A stretch of DNA of 64,000 nt from an uncultured Nitrososphaerota archaeon (GCA_964626365.1 CAZVDL010000005.1:3075-67074), one strand, 5' to 3'. Shown: positions 27,957-37,554, numbered from the stretch's first letter. Numbers and translations are program-made. The notes: generated by a model from the letters alone, not told the origin.

Positions 27957-28241
27957 TTGAAGGTGAGGGCCCACGTCTTCATAAGTGGAAGGGTTCAGGG
28001 AGTTTTCTTTAGGGCTTGGACTGAGGACGAAGCGGTCAAGAGAGGGTTGACTGGATGGGTGAGGAACCTAGCTGACGGCAGGGTGGAGGCCGTGTTTGAG
28101 GGTGATAAGGAGGCCGTAGAGGAGATGGTTAAGCTATGTTGGAAGGGCCCCCCTGGAGCTAGGGTCACCAACGTCGAGGTTAAATGGGAGCCCTACACGG
28201 GCGAGTTTACAGACTTCAGGATAATCTACGGGAGATGGTAA
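27957..28241 (+). CDS. acyP: Acylphosphatase
   Basis: ISGRVQGVFFR, GWVRNLADGRVE, GPPGARV. Confidence 0.95.
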   Translation: MKVRAHVFISGRVQGVFFRAWTEDEAVKRGLTGWVRNLADGRVEAVFEGDKEAVEEMVKLCWKGPPGARVTNVEVKWEPYTGEFTDFRIIYGRW

Positions 28242-28244
28242 GTC

Positions 28245-28526
28245 TCAGCGCCTAAGCACCTCCCTGATTATCTCCAAGAACTTCCTGCTGTATGGGACCT
28301 CGATTTTATAGTAGAGCTCGCAGGGGAAGTCCTCACAGTCCCTTGAACAGTGGTCTACTCCTTTCTTAAGCGCGCACTCTAGGATGGGACATGTGAAGCC
28401 GAGGACTCTCCTCTGCTCCTCAAGCTTACTTGAAGCTTGGCTTCCAGGAGCGCACCCATTTATGGGACAGAGGCTACGGGTCTTGCCGCCACAGACCTCG
28501 CATGCAAGGCCGCAGGCCGACGGCAT
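28245..28526 (-). CDS. DUF3795-like cysteine-rich protein
   Basis: SACGLACEVC, CPILECA..KGVDHCS..CEDFPC. Confidence 0.75.
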   Translation of the reverse strand: MPSACGLACEVCGGKTRSLCPINGCAPGSQASSKLEEQRRVLGFTCPILECALKKGVDHCSRDCEDFPCELYYKIEVPYSRKFLEIIREVLRR

Positions 28527-28528
28527 GA

Positions 28529-29221
28529 TTAAATCCTTCGCGTCTTAAAGCTATAAGCCTTGATCGCCTTCTTAGCCGAGAAGGCTAAGGACGTTAACAG
28601 CTTGATGATAGGAGCTAGGCTGTCTGAGCTGATGCAGAGGTCGGCTTCGGCTCTAACCTCCTGGCTCCAGGGGTTGAAGGCTACAGCCACGTCGGACATC
28701 CTAAACATCTCCACGTCCGGCCTCCCATCACCTACGGAGACTAGGAGCGCTGGCCTAATACTTAACCTCTCCAAGAGCCTCCTTAACGCTCCTCCCTTGC
28801 CCCAGTACTCGACGTTGACCTTCACCCCTCCGGTTAAACGGCCCTCCACGACCTCAAGCTCGTTGGCGAGCACATAGTCGAAGCCTAGCTCGGCTAGGGT
28901 CCTCGAGGCTAGCTCCCATATGCCCGTGGTGATGGCTATTAAGGTGTAGCCAAGCTCCTTAAGCCTGCTTAAGTTCCAGGCGCCGCTACGCCACGGTATG
29001 CTCCCTGCCAGCTCAGCTATACGGCTAGCCGACACCCCCCTCCACAGCCCTACGTCTAGCCTAGCCCACTCCAAGTAATCAATAGCTCCTGAAAAGAAAA
29101 GCTCAGCGTGGCGCTTAGCTTGGTCCCACGTGCCTAAAGCCTTATGGTAATACCTCCAAGAGTCCGCTACGGGCGTCAACGTGCCGTCCACGTCGAAGAC
29201 AGCTACGAGGCCGTCCCCTAT
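28529..29221 (-). CDS. HAD hydrolase, phosphoserine phosphatase-like (probable ATA start)
   Basis: Motif I FDVDGT extends upstream of the ORF-track GTG; ITTG, ANEL, KG and VGDGRPD present. In-frame ATA at 29221 follows an AGGGGG SD-like run and a GATATAAA box. Confidence 0.82.
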   Translation of the reverse strand: MGDGLVAVFDVDGTLTPVADSWRYYHKALGTWDQAKRHAELFFSGAIDYLEWARLDVGLWRGVSASRIAELAGSIPWRSGAWNLSRLKELGYTLIAITTGIWELASRTLAELGFDYVLANELEVVEGRLTGGVKVNVEYWGKGGALRRLLERLSIRPALLVSVGDGRPDVEMFRMSDVAVAFNPWSQEVRAEADLCISSDSLAPIIKLLTSLAFSAKKAIKAYSFKTRRI

Positions 29222-29284
29222 GCTCTTAACCCCCTGAGAATTAAAGGGTTTATATCTGGGCAGTTTAAGTAGTCTACGAGCCTC

Positions 29285-29953
29285 ATGTATCCTGCCCAGT
29301 GGGCTAGGGAGCGACTACTAACCTCGAGGATACTGAGAAGACTCTCAGAACACATCCCCGGCTTCAAGCACCACGAGCCCGAGGGCCGCATGCTGGCTAA
29401 CGTGGCAGTCAACGACTTCAGGAACTACGTTAAATACAAGCCTCCCTCGCCCAACGTGGACCAAGGCGAGTATGCAGACTGCTGGGCTGAGAGGTGGCTT
29501 GACAAGTGGAGAGAGCGTGTCAAGCTGGTGTTTAGGCCCCAGGACGGTCACGTCTTCGCTAAGCACGAGAAGCTGATTAGGGACACAAGCTTCCTATGGA
29601 GCAGGTTCCCCCACTTAAACGAGGCCTTAGAGCTCGTAGTTGACGCGTTAATCGACGTCGGCGAGATCTGCTTCACCAACCTCCTAGCTGAGAGCACCCT
29701 GCGAGGGGAGCTATTGAGATACAAGCAGCTATGTAGGTCTGACGAGGAGGCGCTGCGGAGGATCCAGGTGGACCCGTTAAAGGTGGTGAAGGAAGCCATG
29801 TACAGGGCTAAGTCGCTGCGCCACGTCAAAGGCCCTCTCGTGTGGCTGAGGGTTGATGAGCACATATGGCGCAGCTCAACGGGCAAGATCGTGGAGGAGC
29901 CTCCAGGGAACGGCGAGGAAGAATGGGAGCAGGCGGTCTTCGGGATCTTTTAG
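29285..29953 (+). CDS. Hypothetical protein
   Basis: 222-aa Trp/Arg-rich ORF with typical codon usage; TTTATAT box upstream. Confidence 0.75.
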   Translation: MYPAQWARERLLTSRILRRLSEHIPGFKHHEPEGRMLANVAVNDFRNYVKYKPPSPNVDQGEYADCWAERWLDKWRERVKLVFRPQDGHVFAKHEKLIRDTSFLWSRFPHLNEALELVVDALIDVGEICFTNLLAESTLRGELLRYKQLCRSDEEALRRIQVDPLKVVKEAMYRAKSLRHVKGPLVWLRVDEHIWRSSTGKIVEEPPGNGEEEWEQAVFGIF

Positions 29954-29977
29954 CCGCGGCCTAAGAGGAGCTCACCT

Positions 29978-30712
29978 TTGAAGAACCCCTCGCTTCCCAA
30001 GATAGACCTTCACATACACACTAACTACTCCGACGGTCTTCCTACCATGGCCGAGGTGGCCAAGGCTGCCAGGCTTAAGAGATTGGCCCTAGCTGGGGTG
30101 GCTGATCACTACGGCTACGCCAAGGGGAGGATGAAGCCTTGGAGGCTAAGGGCCTACCTAGCTGAGGCCGAGGCTGAGGGTTTACTTAAGGGCGTCGAGG
30201 TTGATATATTCGAGGATGGCCACGTAGATCTTGCTGCCTCCGAGAGGCGCCTCTTCGACTACGTGATAGGGGGCGTTCACGAAGTTGCAGGTGTCGCCTT
30301 CTGGGGGGATCCCTCGCCTATACCAGACCCTAAGGGCTTCGTGGAGACGGTTAGGGTGGCGGTCATAGAGGCCATAGAGTCTGGCCTCATCGACATCGTA
30401 GCCCACCTCACTTGGCTACCCGAGGACATAAGGAGCGAAGTAAACAGCCTGATTACACCTGACTGGGTGGACAGCGTCGTTAAGGCCGCAGCCTCTAAGG
30501 GCGTAGCGATAGAGGTCAGCGGAGCATGGCTGGTCCCAGACGAGTGGGTGGTTAAGAGGTGTTTGAAGGAGGGTGTGAAGCTGTCTATGGGCAGCGACGC
30601 CCATAGGGTTGAGGACGTAGGCAACCTAAGCTACCCGCTAAGCCTGTTTAAGAGGCTGGGGGTTAAGCTGGAGGACCTGTTTATACCTAGGCCTCTAGCG
30701 CCTGAAGCGTAG
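29978..30712 (+). CDS. PHP domain phosphoesterase (YcdX/HisJ-like)
   Basis: DLHIHTNYSDG, VADH, GVEVD, GGVHE, VAHL, GSDAH. Confidence 0.9.
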   Translation: MKNPSLPKIDLHIHTNYSDGLPTMAEVAKAARLKRLALAGVADHYGYAKGRMKPWRLRAYLAEAEAEGLLKGVEVDIFEDGHVDLAASERRLFDYVIGGVHEVAGVAFWGDPSPIPDPKGFVETVRVAVIEAIESGLIDIVAHLTWLPEDIRSEVNSLITPDWVDSVVKAAASKGVAIEVSGAWLVPDEWVVKRCLKEGVKLSMGSDAHRVEDVGNLSYPLSLFKRLGVKLEDLFIPRPLAPEA

Positions 30713-31753
30713 TATGGCAGCTATGCCTCCAAGCGCTTTTAGCTGCCTGTAAGTGTCGTGGAGCGAGCTGAACACCTTAACCTTAGCCCCTAGGCTCTCA
30801 GCCATCTTGACAACCTCCTCCACCCTTCTACGCAGGTCTAGGTCCATGCTCCTTAGAAGCTCGCTGGTCACCAACAGCTTCTCCACGGCTCCCATCCTAA
30901 CTGCGGCCTCCACGTCGCTAAGGGAGTAAGCTACGCGCCTCTCGTCCCTAGCTAGCGTCGACATGAGCTCCTCCATCAACCTCTCCTCCACCACCAGCTC
31001 GTGGTCCCTTAAGACCTTGGTCATCACTCCCCTCTTAATGGCCTCGTAGACCCCGCTAACCCCGCCGGATGACGCGTTCTCCCTGTACACCTTCCCCTTA
31101 AAATCCTTGGACAGCTCGGCGGCCACGTCGTCCTTCACGAAGCCAGGCCCAGCCACCACGACCACATCCACTCCGTGCCTCTCAGCGCTCGACTTGACTA
31201 GGCTGGCGAGCTCCTTAACCTTGGCCTCGAGCTCCCTCCTCCTAGCTTCAGGGTCCCTCTTGCCTGGCAGGTTTAACGTGAACTCCATCAACACCTCGAC
31301 CCCGTAGTCCCTGATGAGCGCTATAGCCGCCTCCTCAGCGTCCACTCCCACCGCCAGCGCCTTGACGCTGGCCCTAGAGCAAGCCTCCTTAACTCTCTTA
31401 AGCGCATGTAGGGGCCACCCATCCTCCTTGTAAACCACCACCTCATCGTTTACGTCTACCGCCACCGTGTGCCGCTGCCCCTCCAAGTCTAGCTCCCTGG
31501 GCCCCTCCACTATGAAGCCATGGACCCTGAGCCTCGTAGTAAAGGGTTGAAACTCAGCCTTCTCGACTCTCAGCGCCACTCTCATCGCCTTACGCCTGCT
31601 CCCTGAGTCGGCCTTGAGCTCCCTCGTGGTCCAGGCCCTAATCACGTCGCCTTTCTCAAGCACGTTGTAAAGAGTCCAGAGGTCGTCCTCGCTCTCCACC
31701 TTAATCTCCAACTCTCTGCCTTTCTCATCCAGGAACCTAGCCTTCAAGGGCAC
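30695..31753 (-). CDS. pelA: mRNA surveillance/ribosome rescue protein aPelota
   Basis: ESEDDLWTLYNVLEKGD, EFQPFTTRLRVHG, VAGPGFVKD, GAVEKLLV, LGGIAAILRF. Start trimmed to GTG 31753 (or TTG 31747). Confidence 0.92.
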   Translation of the reverse strand: MPLKARFLDEKGRELEIKVESEDDLWTLYNVLEKGDVIRAWTTRELKADSGSRRKAMRVALRVEKAEFQPFTTRLRVHGFIVEGPRELDLEGQRHTVAVDVNDEVVVYKEDGWPLHALKRVKEACSRASVKALAVGVDAEEAAIALIRDYGVEVLMEFTLNLPGKRDPEARRRELEAKVKELASLVKSSAERHGVDVVVVAGPGFVKDDVAAELSKDFKGKVYRENASSGGVSGVYEAIKRGVMTKVLRDHELVVEERLMEELMSTLARDERRVAYSLSDVEAAVRMGAVEKLLVTSELLRSMDLDLRRRVEEVVKMAESLGAKVKVFSSLHDTYRQLKALGGIAAILRFRR

Positions 31754-31802
31754 CACTTCAAGCGGTCTACGTAGCTTATAGGCGAGGCCTACATAAACCT
31801 GC

Positions 31803-32570
31803 CTAGCGACCCCCACACGTTGGGCAACGGGGCGACCTCTCGACGAGCAGGTGGTCAAAGGTCATGGTGAGCCCATTGAACACGAGCAGCTTTCCAATTA
31901 AGGCTTCGCCTACGCCCGTCAACAGCTTTATAGTCTCCACCACTTGGAGGGCTGCCATGACGGCTGGAGTGGCCCCAAAGACTGGGATGGGCCTAGGCTC
32001 CTTAGGATCCACGGGCACCAGGCAGCGTAGGCATGGACCCTTGCCGGGCACGATTGTCATGAGCCTGCCCTCGAAGCCCCGCACGCCAGCGTAGATGAAA
32101 GGTTTGCCCAGCCTCACACAGGCCTCGTTAACCATGAACCTGGTCCTGAAGTTGTCTAAGCCGTCGACAACCACGTCGGCCTCCTTAACTAGGCCTTGAA
32201 CGTTGTCCTCATCGACCCTAGCGGCTACGGCCTCGACCTTGACCTCGGGGTTTAGCTGGCGGAGCTTCTCAGCGGCTGAATCCACCTTAAGCCTGCCGAG
32301 GTCCTTGGTCCAATGGAGCACCTGCCTATTGAGATTGCTTAGCTCAACCGCCTCGCTGTCAACTATGATAAGCTTACCAACTCCAGCGGCAGCTAGATAC
32401 ATGGACGACGCGCTGCCTAAGCCCCCTACGCCCACTACGAGGACCGTGGCGTTCTTCAGTTTAGCCTGGCCTTCAACGCCGAAGCCGGGTATACGTATCT
32501 GCCTATCATACCTCTCGAGCTCGTGGACGGTGAACTGTAAGCCTCGGCTTGTCTCCGAGCGAATGTTCAT
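31803..32570 (-). CDS. moeB: MoeB/ThiF/UbaA family E1-like adenylyltransferase
   Basis: RYDRQI, VGVGGLGS, SNLNRQ, DGLDNF, PCLRC, CPTCG. Confidence 0.9.
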   Translation of the reverse strand: MNIRSETSRGLQFTVHELERYDRQIRIPGFGVEGQAKLKNATVLVVGVGGLGSASSMYLAAAGVGKLIIVDSEAVELSNLNRQVLHWTKDLGRLKVDSAAEKLRQLNPEVKVEAVAARVDEDNVQGLVKEADVVVDGLDNFRTRFMVNEACVRLGKPFIYAGVRGFEGRLMTIVPGKGPCLRCLVPVDPKEPRPIPVFGATPAVMAALQVVETIKLLTGVGEALIGKLLVFNGLTMTFDHLLVERSPRCPTCGGR

Positions 32571-32851
32571 CCCCCACCCAAGGAGACCTCTATGAGGTCC
32601 GATATTATGACCCTGTCACCGTCCTTCAACTTGCGGTCCAGCTTGAACACAAAAGCGTTGTTGACTATCAACGCTACGTCGCGGCTGACCTCTCCACTTC
32701 GACCCGCTATGTCCTCGAACAGGTCATCGTACCTAGAGGCTAAGGCTGAGATCAAGTCCTTTAAGCTAGCTCCTTCGGGCAGCTCCTCAATTAGCTCCTT
32801 TTCGCCGGCGACCTCCCTGAAGGCGCCAGCCAGCACCACGGTAATCTTCAT
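32567..32851 (-). CDS. MoaD/SAMP1-like ubiquitin-like sulfur carrier
   Basis: MKITV..FREVAG, ILVN-like ALIVNN, LKDGDRV, C-terminal GGG; ATGA overlap with the E1 gene. Confidence 0.85.
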   Translation of the reverse strand: MKITVVLAGAFREVAGEKELIEELPEGASLKDLISALASRYDDLFEDIAGRSGEVSRDVALIVNNAFVFKLDRKLKDGDRVIISDLIEVSLGGG

Positions 32852-32937
32852 AGCCTCACGCCTATAGGAAGTCCACGTGACGTTAATTAAAGCTCTGCTC
32901 CTAAAGACCTTTTAGCCCTAGGCCTTAGACCTTTACT

Positions 32938-34998
32938 TTGGGGCTCAGGTTGAGGATCATTAAGACAGCCTGCGAGCTCTGCGCTTGGAGCTGCGGCATG
33001 GAGGTTTACGTGGAGAGCGGCAGAGTGGTTAAGGTCAAGGGAATGAAGGAACACCCTCTCAATAGGGGTCGGCTTTGCCCTAAAGCTCCAGCCATAGTCG
33101 ACTTAATGTACCACGGTGAGAGAGTCTTAACCCCCATGGTAAGGGAGGGGGCTAAGTGGAGGAAGGTGGACTGGGACTACGCGTTGGAGCTCTTAGTGGA
33201 GAACCTTAAGGAGGTGAGGGAGGAGGACCCTCGCTCCTTCGCCATGATAATAGGGATGCCCATTCTACTTGGCGGCTCCTCCACGGTAGGCTTAATAAGG
33301 CGCTTCATGGACGTCTACGGCTCCCCTAACTGCTTCTCCCCTGAAAGCATGTGCTATAGGCACCAGATCATAGGTTACATTCTAACGCTGGGCAAGTTCC
33401 CGGTCCCGGAAGTCGAAAACTCCAACTGCATAGTGGTGTGGGGCCATAACCCCCACGAATCTAAGCCCCCCTTAGCTTGGAGGATCGAGGAAGCTAGGAG
33501 GAGGGGGGCTAAACTCATAGTCATAGATCCCCGTAGGACCAAGGTAGCTGAGATGGCTGACATACACGCCCCGATTAGGCCTGGAAGCGACATATACCTG
33601 GCCGTGGGGATGATGAAGGTCATAATCGAGGAGGGTCTCTATGATAGGGGTTTTGTTGAGCGGTGGACTGTGGGCTTTGATAAGTTGAAGGAGCATCTAT
33701 CCAAGTACAGCTTGTCCTACATAGCTGAGAGGACGTGGCTCGACGAGGAGCTCATAGCTAAGATGGCCAGGGTCTTCGCCACGGTCAAGCCTGCCTGCAT
33801 AGTTCAAGGCGTAAACACCTTGGATCAGGTGCTCGTAGGTGTACAGAACGCTAGGAGCATAGCTATGCTCCATGCGCTTACAGGCAACGTTGACGTTAAG
33901 GGCGGCCTCGTAAGGGCCTCGAGGAGCCACATAGCCTCTCTTCGCCTACCGCACCTGCTAAGGGATGAGCCCCTGGGCATTAAGGAGCACCCTCTCTTCT
34001 ATCAAGTGTGGGAGACCCATCTAGGCGAGGGGCAGGCAATGTACCTCTACGACGCCATCTTAGAGGGGAGGCCCTACCAGGTGAAGTCACTCTTCATAGC
34101 CGGCTCAAATCCCCTTCTCACCTGGCCCGAAGCGTCTAAACTGGCTGAAGCCTTAGGGAAGGTCAAGTTCCTAGCCGTGATGGACCTCTTTATGACCGAC
34201 ACCGCTAAGCATGCCCACCTCCTCTTGCCCGCGGCTACCTTCCTAGAGAGGTATGAGCTCTGCGACTATTACAGCGTGATCTTCGGCATACCCTACATGA
34301 TGCTGAGGAAGAAATGCGTAGAGCCTATAGGGGGGTCTAAGAGCGACGTGGAGCTCTGGCTCGAGGTAGCTAGGAGGATGGGCTACACCGAGCACTTCCC
34401 TTGGAGGAGCGTCGAGGAGGTCTTAGACTACGTCTTGAAGCCCACGGGCTACACCTTTAAGGATCTCGAGGAGGTGTACCCTTCAGGGGTCTGGGTAGGC
34501 AAGGTGAACTACGGCGAATACCTCAGTAAGGGGTTTAGGACGCCCTCAGGTAAAGTCGAGCTCTACTCTGAGACCTTAGCTAGGCAAGGCTACGACCCCC
34601 TACCTACGCCGAGGGAGCCCTACGAGTCGCCCTTCAACGAGGATTCCAAGGAGTACCCCCTCATACTGACCACAGGCTCTAGGTTAATCTACTACACGCA
34701 TTCACAGCTTAGAAACGTGGAGAGGCTTAGGAAGCAGTGCCCTGAGCCCTACGTTGAAATGAACCCTGACACCGCGCGCAGGTATGGTTTAAGGGACGGG
34801 GGCGTGGTCGTGATTAAAACTAGGAGGGGTAGCATAAAGGTGAAGGTGAGGACGACCCCCACTATACTGCCCGGTGTCATAAACATGTCTCATGGGTGGA
34901 ACGAAGCCAACGTAAACCTGCTAACCTCAAGTAGGCCAGCAGACCCCGTCTCCGGATGTCCTGAACTTAAAGCTCTATTAGCTAGGGTATCACGATAA
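32938..34998 (+). CDS. Second Mo/W-bisPGD oxidoreductase catalytic subunit, acetylene-hydratase-like
   Basis: CELCAWSC..CPK, probable Cys ligand PESMCYRH, DLFMTDTA..LLPAA, TPSGKVELYS; no Tat signal. Confidence 0.88.
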   Translation: MGLRLRIIKTACELCAWSCGMEVYVESGRVVKVKGMKEHPLNRGRLCPKAPAIVDLMYHGERVLTPMVREGAKWRKVDWDYALELLVENLKEVREEDPRSFAMIIGMPILLGGSSTVGLIRRFMDVYGSPNCFSPESMCYRHQIIGYILTLGKFPVPEVENSNCIVVWGHNPHESKPPLAWRIEEARRRGAKLIVIDPRRTKVAEMADIHAPIRPGSDIYLAVGMMKVIIEEGLYDRGFVERWTVGFDKLKEHLSKYSLSYIAERTWLDEELIAKMARVFATVKPACIVQGVNTLDQVLVGVQNARSIAMLHALTGNVDVKGGLVRASRSHIASLRLPHLLRDEPLGIKEHPLFYQVWETHLGEGQAMYLYDAILEGRPYQVKSLFIAGSNPLLTWPEASKLAEALGKVKFLAVMDLFMTDTAKHAHLLLPAATFLERYELCDYYSVIFGIPYMMLRKKCVEPIGGSKSDVELWLEVARRMGYTEHFPWRSVEEVLDYVLKPTGYTFKDLEEVYPSGVWVGKVNYGEYLSKGFRTPSGKVELYSETLARQGYDPLPTPREPYESPFNEDSKEYPLILTTGSRLIYYTHSQLRNVERLRKQCPEPYVEMNPDTARRYGLRDGGVVVIKTRRGSIKVKVRTTPTILPGVINMSHGWNEANVNLLTSSRPADPVSGCPELKALLARVSR
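33619..33684 (+). repeat. Tract A, copy 2 (matches 5741-5806)
   Basis: Direct base-by-base comparison. Confidence 0.9.
34534..34579 (+). repeat. Tract B, copy 2 (matches 6632-6677)
   Basis: Direct base-by-base comparison. Confidence 0.9.
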
Positions 34999-35033
34999 GA
35001 TTTTAATGCTAAGGCTCCAGCCCTTAAGAAGAG

Positions 35034-36116
35034 ATGAAGGTTCTCCTAGTATGCGACAAACACCCCTCAACAATAGGGGGCGTTGAAGAACATGTTAGAG
35101 GGCTTGCTGGGCAGCTGGCAGCGAGAGGCTTTGAGGTCGTAATCGCCTATAGGAAGGAGGGTAGAGCCTTCATCAATCAATTAGACTTCGACTCGGTACG
35201 GGTTGGCTTAGACCTTCTAAGGCTTAAAAGGAGGATTTCCAGCCTTAACCCTGACGTAGTCCACGCTCATTACTCTTTCAACTGGCTACCTCTTCTGGCC
35301 ATAGCAGCCGCCAGCCAGCTTAGGTTAAAGGTCGTGGTCACGTGTCATAGTGTGCTTCCAGGCTATGACCAAGACTTTTTAGGCCATCTCTACGCGCTAA
35401 CACCTCATCGACCCCTACTCTCTAAGGCTGATGCGTTGATCTCAGTGAGCAGGGCTGTAGATTTACTTATGTCGAGGATCGTTGGTAGCAAGGTTAGGAG
35501 AGCTGTCATACCCAACGCCGTGGACATAAACGTATACGCCCCTTCGCCCAGAGAGCCTAAGGACCCCCTAGTGCTCTACGTTGGGAGGTTAATATACCGT
35601 AAAGGAGTCCATGTCCTACTTCAAGCTTTCAGGCAGGTGGTTAAGGAGGAGCGAGATGCCAAGCTAGTTGTGGTTGGAGGAGGCTACCTTGAACCTCTAC
35701 TAAGGACTATGGCCTCGAAGTTTAACCTTAAAGGAAGGGTGGAGTTTAAGGGTTTAGTACCCGACCAGGAGAAAGCCTCACTTTACAGGTCTGCTTGGGC
35801 TGTAGCTGTACCTACGCTATACGCTGAGGGCTTCGGGATAGTAGCCATCGAGGCCATGGCTTCGGGGGCCCCTGTCGTAGCCTCTAAGGTGGGTGGGCTT
35901 AAGGAAGTGGTTGAGGATAGGGTGACAGGGCTACTTGTCAAGCCGGGGTCGGCTAAGGAGCTAGCTAGAGTCCTCCTCTCGCTAATCCAAGACCCCTCGC
36001 TGCGCAGAAAGCTTTCGTCCAACGCCAGGGCTAAGGCTGTTAGTAATTACTCGTGGAGGACCGTGGCTGGGAGGGTCGTCGACGCGTACATGGATCTTAG
36101 GGCCAGCCCTACTTAG
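35034..36116 (+). CDS. GT4 family glycosyltransferase
   Basis: GGVEEH, DVVHAH, IPNAVD, VGRLIYRKG, EGFGIVAIEAMASG. Confidence 0.92.
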   Translation: MKVLLVCDKHPSTIGGVEEHVRGLAGQLAARGFEVVIAYRKEGRAFINQLDFDSVRVGLDLLRLKRRISSLNPDVVHAHYSFNWLPLLAIAAASQLRLKVVVTCHSVLPGYDQDFLGHLYALTPHRPLLSKADALISVSRAVDLLMSRIVGSKVRRAVIPNAVDINVYAPSPREPKDPLVLYVGRLIYRKGVHVLLQAFRQVVKEERDAKLVVVGGGYLEPLLRTMASKFNLKGRVEFKGLVPDQEKASLYRSAWAVAVPTLYAEGFGIVAIEAMASGAPVVASKVGGLKEVVEDRVTGLLVKPGSAKELARVLLSLIQDPSLRRKLSSNARAKAVSNYSWRTVAGRVVDAYMDLRASPT

Positions 36117-36492
36117 ATGATAAGTTGAACGGCTTACCCTCGGTTAGTACACGGCTAGGTATCTTATCCCTCCATTTCTCTAGGAAGGCTCGGTCCTCCT
36201 TAGCATCACGTAGGTCGTCCGGCAACATGTGAGGTATCTCCTCAATTATAGGGTACCAGCGGCCGCAGTTATCGCATATTAATATCCCTTCAGCTACTTC
36301 ACGGGCAAAGCATTCATGACAGTTGCCTTTACCCTCCTTAACCCACTTTCTAAGCCATCCACAGTACTCCTCACAGGTCCTTGAGGGTATACGCTCAGGC
36401 TTTTCGTAGAGGTTCTCTTGGAACACCACCAGCTGAAGGGGGAACCGCTTACATATGGGACATGCAAGGAGGTCCATTAACCTATACTTCAA
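36109..36492 (-). CDS. Trm112-family methyltransferase activator
   Basis: LMDLLACPICK, EGILICDNCGRWYPIIEEIPHMLPD. Confidence 0.88.
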   Translation of the reverse strand: MKYRLMDLLACPICKRFPLQLVVFQENLYEKPERIPSRTCEEYCGWLRKWVKEGKGNCHECFAREVAEGILICDNCGRWYPIIEEIPHMLPDDLRDAKEDRAFLEKWRDKIPSRVLTEGKPFNLSSK

Positions 36493-36600
36493 CTTACGCC
36501 CCCTCTACCCTCTACGCCGGTACGATTTAAGATTTAACGTCCTACGCAAGCTTTATTAACAACCCCAGCTCGGGGCTACGTCAAGCTGGAAGTGTAGCTG

Positions 36601-36885
36601 ATGAAGATAGCTGACCTGAAACCCGGTATGAGTAGGGTCAACTTAAAGGTGACCGTGGTCGAGGTCTCGAGACCGCGCCTCGTAAACACCAGGTTCGGCT
36701 TAGCCAAGGTAGCTGACGCGGTGATTGAGGACGATACGGGCAGGGCTAAGATGAGCCTATGGAACGAGCAGATAAGCCTGGTATCGCCGGGCGACGAGAT
36801 AACCATCGAGAACGGCTACACGACCCAGTTCAGGGGAGAGGTCCAAGTAAACGTGGGGAGGTATGGCAGGATAGTTAAGGGGTAG
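36601..36885 (+). CDS. ssb: Single OB-fold ssDNA-binding protein (crenarchaeal SSB-like)
   Basis: KIADLKPG..VNL, DDTG..MSLW, IENGYTTQFRGEVQVNVGRYG. Confidence 0.85.
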   Translation: MKIADLKPGMSRVNLKVTVVEVSRPRLVNTRFGLAKVADAVIEDDTGRAKMSLWNEQISLVSPGDEITIENGYTTQFRGEVQVNVGRYGRIVKG

Positions 36886-36890
36886 GCTCT

Positions 36891-37058
36891 ATGAGGACCT
36901 GCCCCAAGTGCGGCTCACTTATGGAGCAGCGCTGGGTATCCTTCTGCGCCGGCATAGTGGTGCTGCCCCCAGGCCAAGCAGGCTCTTTAAAGGCTTGGAT
37001 CTGTGAGAGCTGTGGGTACATGGAGGCCGAGGAGCATGGAGGACGTCAGGAGGTATAA
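36891..37058 (+). CDS. Small zinc-ribbon protein (55 aa, not in ORF track)
   Basis: MRTCPKCGSLMEQRW...KAWICESCGYMEAEE; fills the gap between ssb and the ZPR1 gene. Confidence 0.75.
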   Translation: MRTCPKCGSLMEQRWVSFCAGIVVLPPGQAGSLKAWICESCGYMEAEEHGGRQEV

Positions 37059-37554
37059 GCTTGATTGTCCTAGCTGCGGCTCCAAGGACATGGAGGTCGT
37101 AGAGGTCATCTACGACATCCCGATCTTCGGTAAGGCCCTGCTGTCGTCCATGCTATGCCCTAGCTGTGGCTATAGGAGGAGTGACGTGATGAGCTTGGAG
37201 TTTAAGCCTCCAGCGCGCTACGAGGTGAAGGTAGAGGGCCCCGAGGACCTGTGCTTAAGGGTCGTCAGGTCGTCGACGGCTACCATATTGATCCCTGAGC
37301 TGGGCGTCGAGGTTAAGCCTGGCCCAGCGTCGGAGGGCTTCATCTCCAACGTGGAGGGGGTGCTTCATAGAGTCAGGAGGGTGGCTGAGCAGTTACTACG
37401 TGACAGTGAGACCCCTGAGGAGAGGAGAGCTGCTGAGGAGATCCTACGCAAGATCGATGAGGCTCTCGAGGGAAGACTTTCCTTCACCTTGATCGTAGAC
37501 GACCCGTATGGCAACAGCTTCATAGCTCCTAAGCAGCCTAAGCAGCCCTCGTAG
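37036..37554 (+). CDS. ZPR1 zinc finger protein
   Basis: [51 protein letters not shown]; start ATG 37036. Confidence 0.92.
   Translation: MEDVRRYKLDCPSCGSKDMEVVEVIYDIPIFGKALLSSMLCPSCGYRRSDVMSLEFKPPARYEVKVEGPEDLCLRVVRSSTATILIPELGVEVKPGPASEGFISNVEGVLHRVRRVAEQLLRDSETPEERRAAEEILRKIDEALEGRLSFTLIVDDPYGNSFIAPKQPKQPS

Noticed and set aside
5741..34579. Diversity-generating retroelement template/variable repeats
   Set aside because: Mismatches are C/T rather than adenine-specific, both copies are in coding regions at equivalent positions, and no reverse transcriptase is present.
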